Positions 11,224 to 18,626 of a DNA stretch of 64,000 nt are shown here, one piece after another. Numbering within the stretch: the first letter of the stretch is position 1; each line of letters opens with the position of its first letter. The translations under genes and the position numbers were made by a program. This stretch comes from Alphaproteobacteria bacterium. Lineage in GTDB: Bacteria > Pseudomonadota > Alphaproteobacteria > UBA828. The stretch lies in assembly GCA_965214705.1 (NCBI GenBank), contig OZ243972.1, forward strand, positions 3,776,001 to 3,840,000, read 5' to 3'. Below the pieces are notes generated by a model, which did no database searches, was not told where the DNA came from, and saw only the letters and a program-made list of their open reading frames with translations.

Positions 11224-12549
11224 ATGCCCGTTGCGCGAACCATTCCGTTCGACTATCCGGCACTCGGCGCTGGCCCGGCGCTCGCGCTTCCGGGCGCCGG
11301 CCTGCCGTGGCTCGATGCGCTGCGCAACGAGGGCCGGCGGCTCAGCGCGAACGGGCTGCCAAGCACCCGCACGGAGGCGTGGAAGTACACCAGTCTCACA
11401 CCGCTAACCGAACTCGAATTCCCGCACCCGGCGGCAACCGAGGCTCATGCCCTGCCGGCCAATCTCGGACCCGGCGTCTTCGATGCGCTGGAAGGGCCCT
11501 CGCTTGTATTTGTCAACGGGCGGCTCTCGGCACGTCATGCGCAACTCGACGGCCTGCCTGCCGGCCTCCGCGTGCGCGGGTTGGCCCAGGGCCTCGCAGA
11601 CGATCCGGCCGGCATCGAGGCGCTGATCGGCGGCGCCGAGACCCTCAACGGCGATCTCATGGCGGCCTTCAACGCGGCGTTTGGGGCCGACGGCTGCATC
11701 GTCGAGACCGAGCCGGGAGCGGCGGTGGAAGAGCCGGTGCGGCTCAGTTTCGGCGCCGCGCCGGGCAGCGCGCCGCTCGCCTACCACCCGCGCGTCATCG
11801 TGCGTTTGGGCGCGGGCAGCAGCCTGACTATGATCGAGTGCCACGAAGGGCCGGCGGGAGCGCCGACATGGTCAAACCCGCTCGTCGATATCGAAGTGGG
11901 CGAGGGAGCCAGGCTCAGCCATATCAAGCTGCAGGCAGAGGGCGAAAGCGCCTATCACACGGCGCTGACCAAGGCGGTGCTGGCTGGCGAGGCCCGCTAC
12001 GAGAGCCACCTGCTGGCGCTCGGCGCCCGCCTCGCCCGCCACGAAATCCATGTCCGGCTCGCGGGCGAGGGCGCGGATTGCCGACTGCGTGGCGGCTACA
12101 TGGCGCGCGGCAGCCAGCACGTGGACAACACCACGGTGATCGACCACGCGGTGCCGCATTGCGAGAGTCGCGAGGTCTACAAGGGTGTGCTGGACGATAC
12201 GGCGCGCGGGGTCTTCCAGGGCAAGATCATCGTGCGCCAGGACGCCCAGAAGACCGACGGCCACCAGCTCAACCGCACGTTGCTGCTCTCGCCCAAGGCC
12301 GAGATTGACACCAAGCCCGAGCTCGAAATCTACGCCGACGACGTGAAGTGCAGCCACGGGGCCACGGCTGGCGAGCCGGAGGAGGACCAGCTCTTCTACC
12401 TGCGCTCGCGCGGCCTCGATCACAGGACCGCGCTTGCGCTGATTGTCGAGGGCTTCATAGGCGAACTGCTGGAGGAGATTGGCCACGCGCCGGTGCAGGC
12501 GGCTTTGGTCGCGCGTGTCGCGGACTGGATCAAGGAAAGCCGATCGTGA
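11224..12549 (+). CDS. sufD: Fe-S cluster assembly protein SufD
   Basis: EAWKYT, FQGKIIVRQDAQKT, KPELEIYADDVKCSHGAT. Confidence 0.95.
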   Translation: MPVARTIPFDYPALGAGPALALPGAGLPWLDALRNEGRRLSANGLPSTRTEAWKYTSLTPLTELEFPHPAATEAHALPANLGPGVFDALEGPSLVFVNGRLSARHAQLDGLPAGLRVRGLAQGLADDPAGIEALIGGAETLNGDLMAAFNAAFGADGCIVETEPGAAVEEPVRLSFGAAPGSAPLAYHPRVIVRLGAGSSLTMIECHEGPAGAPTWSNPLVDIEVGEGARLSHIKLQAEGESAYHTALTKAVLAGEARYESHLLALGARLARHEIHVRLAGEGADCRLRGGYMARGSQHVDNTTVIDHAVPHCESREVYKGVLDDTARGVFQGKIIVRQDAQKTDGHQLNRTLLLSPKAEIDTKPELEIYADDVKCSHGATAGEPEEDQLFYLRSRGLDHRTALALIVEGFIGELLEEIGHAPVQAALVARVADWIKESRS

Positions 12550-13814
12550 ACACCGCTTCCGCTCAGCCCGTCGATCGATCCACGGCCGCTTCGGCGCCGT
12601 TCGATGCCGAACGCGTGCGCGCGGATTTCCCGATCCTCTCGCGCAGCGTTCACGGCAAGCCGCTCACGTTTCTGGATAGCGGCGCCAGCGCCCAGAAGCC
12701 GCGCCAGGTCATCGATGCGATCTCGCGCTGCTACGAGGCGGAGTACGCCAACATCCATCGCGGCGTCTACGAGCTGAGCGCGAAGGCGACCGAGGCCTAT
12801 GAGGGCGCCCGCGCCAGGGTGCAGCGCTTCGTAAACGCGCGCTCGGCGAGCGAGATCGTCTTCACCAAGGGCACGACCGAGGCGATCAACCTGGTTGCCG
12901 CGAGCTGGGGCGGCGCCTTTCTCGGCGAAGGCGACGAGGTTTTGCTCTCGGTGCTGGAGCACCACGCCAACATCGTGCCGTGGCAGCTGCTGCGCGAGCG
13001 CACCGGCGTCGTGCTCAAGGTGGTGCTGACAGACGAGCGCGGCGCCTTTCCGCTCGACGCCTACGAAGCTCTGATCGGACCGCGCACCAAGCTGGTCGCG
13101 ATCACCCACGTCTCAAACGTGCTGGGCACCGTGGTCCCCGTCGCCGAGGTCGTGCGCATCGCCCATGCCAACGGCGCCAAGGTGCTGATCGACGGTGCCC
13201 AGGGGATCGTCCACCAACCCGTGGACGTGCAGGCGCTGGACGTGGATTTCTACTGTTTCTCGGGCCACAAGCTCTACGGGCCGAGCGGCATCGGCGTGCT
13301 CTACGGCAAGGAGGCGCTGCTGGCCGCCATGCCGCCCTACCAGGGCGGCGGCGACATGATCGAGCGAGTCACCTTCGAGCGCACCACCTTCGCCCCGCCG
13401 CCGGCGCGGTTCGAGGCCGGCACGCCGCCCATCGCAGGCACGGTCGGCCTTCATGCCGCGATCGACTATGTCGCGTCATTCGATCCGGCGGCCGTCGCCG
13501 CCCACGAGCACGACCTGCTCGCCTACGCGACCGAGCGGCTCAGCGCCCACAACAGCGTGCGCCTCTACGGCACGGCGCCGGGGAAAGCCGCCATCGTCTC
13601 CTTCACCATGGACGGCGTGCACCCCCACGACATCGGCACCATTCTCGACCGCGCGGGCGTCGCGGTCCGGGTCGGCCATCACTGCGCGCAGCCCTTGATG
13701 GATCACTTCGATATTGCCGGCACCGTGCGGGCCTCCTTCGGCCTCTACAACACGCGCGCCGACGTCGACCGGTTGATCGGCGGGCTCGACGAGGTGCGGG
13801 AGATCTTCGGCTGA
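12546..13814 (+). CDS. sufS: Cysteine desulfurase SufS
   Basis: DSGASAQKP, FSGHKLYGP (PLP Lys), RVGHHCAQP. Confidence 0.96.
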   Translation: MNTASAQPVDRSTAASAPFDAERVRADFPILSRSVHGKPLTFLDSGASAQKPRQVIDAISRCYEAEYANIHRGVYELSAKATEAYEGARARVQRFVNARSASEIVFTKGTTEAINLVAASWGGAFLGEGDEVLLSVLEHHANIVPWQLLRERTGVVLKVVLTDERGAFPLDAYEALIGPRTKLVAITHVSNVLGTVVPVAEVVRIAHANGAKVLIDGAQGIVHQPVDVQALDVDFYCFSGHKLYGPSGIGVLYGKEALLAAMPPYQGGGDMIERVTFERTTFAPPPARFEAGTPPIAGTVGLHAAIDYVASFDPAAVAAHEHDLLAYATERLSAHNSVRLYGTAPGKAAIVSFTMDGVHPHDIGTILDRAGVAVRVGHHCAQPLMDHFDIAGTVRASFGLYNTRADVDRLIGGLDEVREIFG

Positions 13815-14275
13815 TGTCCGAGCTGCGCGAGCTCTACCAGGAGGTGATCCTCGATCACGGCAAGTCGCCGCGCAATTTCGGCAGGCCGCCGGCGGTGACC
13901 GGCGAATCTCACGGCCACAACCCGCTCTGCGGTGACACGATCACAATCTACGTCGATGTGGCCAACGGCGTGGTCACCGACATCGGCTTCGAGGGCAGGG
14001 GCTGCGCCATCTCGATGGCGTCGGCCTCGATGATGACCGAGATGCTGCGCGGCAAGTCCCGCGACGAGGTGGAGGCGATGTTCGCCGAGTTCCACGCTCT
14101 GGTGGCGTCGACCGAGCCGGCCTGCGAGGCGGGCTTCGAAACGCCGGATCTGGACAAGCTGATCGTGCTCGCCGGCGTGCGGGAGTTCCCGATGCGGGTC
14201 AAGTGTGCGACGCTTCCCTGGCACACGATGAAGGCGGCGCTCGACGGCGAGGGCGAGGAGGTCACGACGGAATGA
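13814..14275 (+). CDS. sufU: SUF system NifU-family protein SufU
   Basis: LYQEVILDH, NPLCGD, GCAISMASAS, RVKCATLPWH. Confidence 0.92.
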   Translation: MSELRELYQEVILDHGKSPRNFGRPPAVTGESHGHNPLCGDTITIYVDVANGVVTDIGFEGRGCAISMASASMMTEMLRGKSRDEVEAMFAEFHALVASTEPACEAGFETPDLDKLIVLAGVREFPMRVKCATLPWHTMKAALDGEGEEVTTE

Positions 14276-14823
14276 TGAACCTGTTCCGCAAGAAGCGCCC
14301 GCCCGAGGCGGAGCCGGAGCCGGCCAATCCGCCCGAAGCGGTCGAGACAACTCCCGCGCCGCCTCCTTCGCCGGCAGCCGCGCCGCAGAGCTACGAGGCC
14401 TGGTCGCCGGACGGGCCGCCCGGCGCCATAGGCGGCGGCGGACTCGCGCCCCAGCTGGTCGAGGCCGCGCCCGAGGCGGCCGAGACCCTGCCGACCCCAC
14501 CGGGCTTAAGCCCCGAGCACCCGCTCGCAGGCCAGATCGCGCGGGCCTTGAGCTCGGTCTACGACCCGGAAATCCCGGTGGACATCTACCAGCTCGGCCT
14601 TGTCTACGACGTGGCCTTGAACGAGGCCAATGACGCCCGCATATCGATGACGTTGACGACGCCCGGCTGCCCTGTGGCCGGCAGCATGCCCAGCATGGTC
14701 GAGCACGCGGTTGCGACCATGGTGGAAGGGATTGGCGATGTGGAGGTGGACCTGGTGTGGGATCCGCCCTGGTCTCCGGACATGATGTCGGAGGCTGCCC
14801 AACTCGAACTCGGCTTCATGTAG
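14272..14823 (+). CDS. sufT: DUF59/SufT Fe-S assembly protein with Pro-rich N-terminal extension
   Basis: VYDPEIPVDIYQLGLVY, MTLTTPGCPVA, WDPPWSPDMMSE. Confidence 0.88.
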   Translation: MMNLFRKKRPPEAEPEPANPPEAVETTPAPPPSPAAAPQSYEAWSPDGPPGAIGGGGLAPQLVEAAPEAAETLPTPPGLSPEHPLAGQIARALSSVYDPEIPVDIYQLGLVYDVALNEANDARISMTLTTPGCPVAGSMPSMVEHAVATMVEGIGDVEVDLVWDPPWSPDMMSEAAQLELGFM

Positions 14824-14847
14824 CCGTCATCGGACGCGGAATTTGAG

Positions 14848-15192
14848 ATGAAGGACATTCTCACCATCAGCGAGCGCGCGGCAGAGCGCATCAACCACCT
14901 GATGTCGCTCCGGCCGGACGATGCCGAGCCCGCCGTCGGCATCAAGATCGGGGTCAGGAACGCCGGCTGCTCCGGCATGTCCTACACCATGGACTATGCG
15001 GAGGAGGTGCCGCCCACTGCCGAGGTGATCACGCAGCGGGGCGTGACAGTGGTGGTGGACCCGGCCGCGGTGATGTTTCTGATCGGTACAGAGCTCGACT
15101 TCAGCGAGGACAAGCTCAGTGCCACCTTCGTCTTCAACAACCCCAACGTCACCAGCACCTGCGGCTGCGGCGAGAGCTTTGCCGTCAACTGA
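14848..15192 (+). CDS. sufA: A-type Fe-S carrier (SufA/IscA)
   Basis: GCSGMSY and CGCGESF motifs. Confidence 0.92.
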   Translation: MKDILTISERAAERINHLMSLRPDDAEPAVGIKIGVRNAGCSGMSYTMDYAEEVPPTAEVITQRGVTVVVDPAAVMFLIGTELDFSEDKLSATFVFNNPNVTSTCGCGESFAVN

Positions 15193-15305
15193 GGCCGGGC
15201 CGGCGGCAAAGCAAGAAATTACAAAACGAACCCAATTTCGCGCAACTTATTGATTTAGAACCAACTTATCACGTGCCGCAGGCCCTCATGTAGGGCCAGC
15301 GGTGC

Positions 15306-15382
15306 TGGTCGGGGTGGCCGGATTTGAACCGGCGACCCTCTGCTCCCAAAGCAGATGCGCTACCTGGCTGCGCCACACCCCG
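15306..15382 (-). tRNA. tRNA-Pro(TGG)
   Basis: Reverse complement CGGGGTGTGGCGCAGCCAGGTAGCGCATCTGCTTTGGGAGCAGAGGGTCGCCGGTTCAAATCCGGCCACCCCGACCA; encoded CCA. Confidence 0.96.
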
Positions 15383-15444
15383 GACCGGTTCGGACTCCAG
15401 CGCGAGTCATAAAAGCCTCGCGACCAAGCCGCAAGCGCGCGCGG

Positions 15445-16194
15445 CTAACCCTGTTCCTTCGGTCGATCGGCTGAGGGCGCGGGGCTCTCGGCTTCCGGGT
15501 CTTCTTCGTCCTCTTCCACCTTAGCTCCGGGCCTGGCGTCGGGCGGGCTGACGATGCCGCCGGAGATCACGAGCTTGACGCCTTCCTCCACGGTCATATC
15601 CAGTGGGATACAGTCCTTTCGCGGTACGAACAGGAGGAAGCCGGAGGTCGGATTGGGCGTGGTCGGCAGGAACACGTTGACCATCTCCTCCTCCGTCACC
15701 CGTTGCACCTCGCCCCGCGTGGGGCTGGTGATGAAGCCGATGACCCAGATGCCCCGGCGCGGATACTCGATCAGCACGACTTCGCGAAAGGCGTTGGCGG
15801 ACTGCGCCAGGACCGCGTCGAAGATCTGCTTGAGCACGCCATAGATCGTGCGCACCACAGGCACGCGGGCGACCAGGCTTTCGCCGAAGCGGACCAGGAA
15901 GCGGCCGGCAACGTTGGCGAACAATGCACCGACCAGCGTGACCAGGATGAGCACGATCACGATGCCGACGCCGGGCACGTTCCGGCCCAGGACGTCCGAC
16001 GGGTTGTAGGCGTCGGGGATGAGCGGAACGACCGCGCGGTCGAAGAGATCGACCACCAGCCAGAGCAGCCACAAGGTGATGCCGATCGGCGCGGTGACGA
16101 CGACGCCGGTAAAGAAGTACGTCCTGAGGCGTGCGAAGAGGCCGCGCCTACGCGGCGGCTGGATGAGGCGAGGCGGCGGCGTGCTCTCGTTCAT
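15445..16194 (-). CDS. DUF502 family membrane protein
   Basis: LRTYFFTG, VLIEYPRRG, FLPTTPNPTSGFL. Confidence 0.88.
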   Translation of the reverse strand: MNESTPPPRLIQPPRRRGLFARLRTYFFTGVVVTAPIGITLWLLWLVVDLFDRAVVPLIPDAYNPSDVLGRNVPGVGIVIVLILVTLVGALFANVAGRFLVRFGESLVARVPVVRTIYGVLKQIFDAVLAQSANAFREVVLIEYPRRGIWVIGFITSPTRGEVQRVTEEEMVNVFLPTTPNPTSGFLLFVPRKDCIPLDMTVEEGVKLVISGGIVSPPDARPGAKVEEDEEDPEAESPAPSADRPKEQG

Positions 16195-16484
16195 CTCGGG
16201 AGGTGACGCCGGCGCCCCGGCCTATCGGGGTGATCGAGCGTTCTCGTCATGATCCCGCGGCCCCGCTTGTACAGTTCCCTGTGTACCTGCCGCTCAGCGT
16301 CGTCGCCAGATTATTCGTTGTGGGGCAACGCCGAGCTTGACGCGCTGTCCGACCGTCTGAGGCTGCTTGGCGGGGTGCGACGCGGCGCCTATCATGACGC
16401 CATACGGCGCGCCTTCGCGTGGCCGCCGGCGCGATTGAGCCCGCAAGCCGGCAGGGACCGCGCGCAGCCAGGGAGGAAGAGCCG

Positions 16485-17432
16485 ATGTCCAGACAACTCA
16501 CCGTCGCCGCGGCCCAAATGGGGCCCGTTGCGCGCGCCGAGACGCGCACGCACGTGGTCGACCGGCTGATCGCGATGTTGCGCGCCGCGCACCAGGCCGG
16601 CGCCACGCTCGTGGTCTTCCCGGAACTGGCACTCACCACCTTCTTTCCGCGTTGGGTCATCGACGATCCCGAAGAACTCGACAGCTACTTCGAGACCGAG
16701 ATGCCGAACAACGAGACCCAGCCGCTCTTCGCTGCCGCGCAGGAGCTCGGTGTCGGATTCCACCTCGGCTACGCTGAGATGGTCATCGAGGACGACGGTT
16801 CAAAGCGCTATTTCAATACCGCCATCATCGTCGACCGCGAGGGGCAGATCGCCGGGAAGTACCGCAAGGTCCATATCCCCGGACATGCCGAGCCGCAGCC
16901 CGACCAGGTGCATCAGCATCTCGAGAAGCGCTACTTCGAGCCCGGCGACTTGGGCTTCCCCGTGTTCCGCACCATGGACGGCGTGATGGGGATGTGCATC
17001 TGCAACGACCGGCGTTGGCCCGAGACCTACCGGGTGATGGGTCTCCAGGGCGTCGAGATGGTCATGCTCGGCTACAACACGCCGAGCACCAATCCCTTCG
17101 CCAAGGGGCAGGAGGCGCCGCATCTCGGCATGTTCCACAACCACCTCTCCATGCAGGCCGGCGCCTATCAGAACGGCACGTGGGTGGTCGCCTCTGCCAA
17201 GGCCGGCATGGAGGAGGGCATTCACCATATGGGCGGGAGCTGCATCATCGCGCCGACCGGTGAAATCGTGGCTCAGGCCCAGACCGAGGGCGACGAGGTC
17301 ATCGCCGCGCCGATCGACTTGGAGCGCGGAGTCTATATTCGGGAGACCATCTTCAATTTCGCCGCGCACCGGCGGATCGAGCACTACGGCCTCATCTCCA
17401 GCCAGACCGGCGTGGAGCCGCCGCCTGCCTAA
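16485..17432 (+). CDS. N-carbamoyl-D-amino-acid hydrolase (nitrilase superfamily)
   Basis: E-K-C triad: FPELALTTFFPR, YRKVHIPGH, ICNDRRWPE; HLEKRYF. Confidence 0.85.
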   Translation: MSRQLTVAAAQMGPVARAETRTHVVDRLIAMLRAAHQAGATLVVFPELALTTFFPRWVIDDPEELDSYFETEMPNNETQPLFAAAQELGVGFHLGYAEMVIEDDGSKRYFNTAIIVDREGQIAGKYRKVHIPGHAEPQPDQVHQHLEKRYFEPGDLGFPVFRTMDGVMGMCICNDRRWPETYRVMGLQGVEMVMLGYNTPSTNPFAKGQEAPHLGMFHNHLSMQAGAYQNGTWVVASAKAGMEEGIHHMGGSCIIAPTGEIVAQAQTEGDEVIAAPIDLERGVYIRETIFNFAAHRRIEHYGLISSQTGVEPPPA

Positions 17433-17440
17433 GGGCCGAT

Positions 17441-18412
17441 TCAGACGGTGAGGACGATCTTGCCGAAGTGCGCGTTGACGCGCATGTGAGCCTGCGCCTC
17501 CGCCGCCCGCTCCAGCGGGAAGGTGCGATCGATCGGCAGGCTGAGCGTGCCGTCTTCGACTGCCTCCCATAGATCGGCACGCATGGCAGCATTGATCGCG
17601 CGCACTTCATCCACTGAGCGGGTGCGGAAGGTCACGCCGATGTAGTCGATGCGCTTCAGCGCATGCAGGTCGAAGTCGAACTCGGCAGTGAAGCCGCCGA
17701 GGCGGCCCACGTTGACGATGCGCCCCAGCACCGCCGCCGCCTGCATGGTCTGATTGGCGAGGCTACCGGAGACCTGATCGATGGTGAGGTCCACGCCCTT
17801 GCCGCCGGTGACTTCCCGCGCATGCTCCACCCATTGGGGATCGCCGGGGTCCAGCACCACGTCCGCACCCACCTCGGCGAGGCGCGCGCGCCGGCCGGCA
17901 TCGCGCGAGGTGGCGAGCACGGTGCCGGCGCCCTTGAGGCGGGCGATCTGGATCGCCATGATCCCCACACCCGAGCTCGCGCCCTGAATTAGGACGGACT
18001 CTCCTGCGGCGAGGCGGCCGTTGGTGATGAGCGCGTCGTGCATGGTCTGGAGGGCGATGGGCAGCGTTGCCGCCTCGACCGGATTGGCCGCGGCCTTGGG
18101 CACGGGGCAGACCCGGCCCCAGTCGGTGACGGCGTACTCCGCATATCCCCCGGCGCCCGAGCACATGACGTGATCGCCCGGCCGGAACTCCGGCACTTCG
18201 GCGCCCACGGCTGCGACCTCGCCGGCCCATTCGAGGCCCGCGATCGCGCCCGCGCCGCCGAGAGACCCGTGGGGCCGCCCTGCCGCCATGATCAGGTCCG
18301 CCCGGTTCAAGCCGCTGGCGGCGACTTTTACCAGGACCTCGTTGGGCTTCGGTTCGGGCACCGGCACCTCGCGGAGCGCCAAACCCTCGCCGGTCAACAC
18401 CACTGCCTTCAT
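17441..18412 (-). CDS. MDR-family (zeta-crystallin-like) NADPH:quinone oxidoreductase
   Basis: GLNRADL, GASSGVG, HFGKIVL. Confidence 0.85.
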   Translation of the reverse strand: MKAVVLTGEGLALREVPVPEPKPNEVLVKVAASGLNRADLIMAAGRPHGSLGGAGAIAGLEWAGEVAAVGAEVPEFRPGDHVMCSGAGGYAEYAVTDWGRVCPVPKAAANPVEAATLPIALQTMHDALITNGRLAAGESVLIQGASSGVGIMAIQIARLKGAGTVLATSRDAGRRARLAEVGADVVLDPGDPQWVEHAREVTGGKGVDLTIDQVSGSLANQTMQAAAVLGRIVNVGRLGGFTAEFDFDLHALKRIDYIGVTFRTRSVDEVRAINAAMRADLWEAVEDGTLSLPIDRTFPLERAAEAQAHMRVNAHFGKIVLTV

Positions 18413-18626
18413 TCGTCGTCTCCCATCAGCATGAGCCACGTTGGTTTGACGCCATCGCGAGCGGGTCTCGCACCGTGGAACGAATCGGAAAGGGCCGTCA
18501 GAGCGTATCTCTCTCCACAGTTCTTATACCCTGTGTTGCCTCCGTGCGCCGATGAGTCGCAGCGCTTGCAACGGAGTCATGCGCGACTTACCTAATCGAT
18601 GGTTGCCGGTTGGAGTTTCTCTTGGG

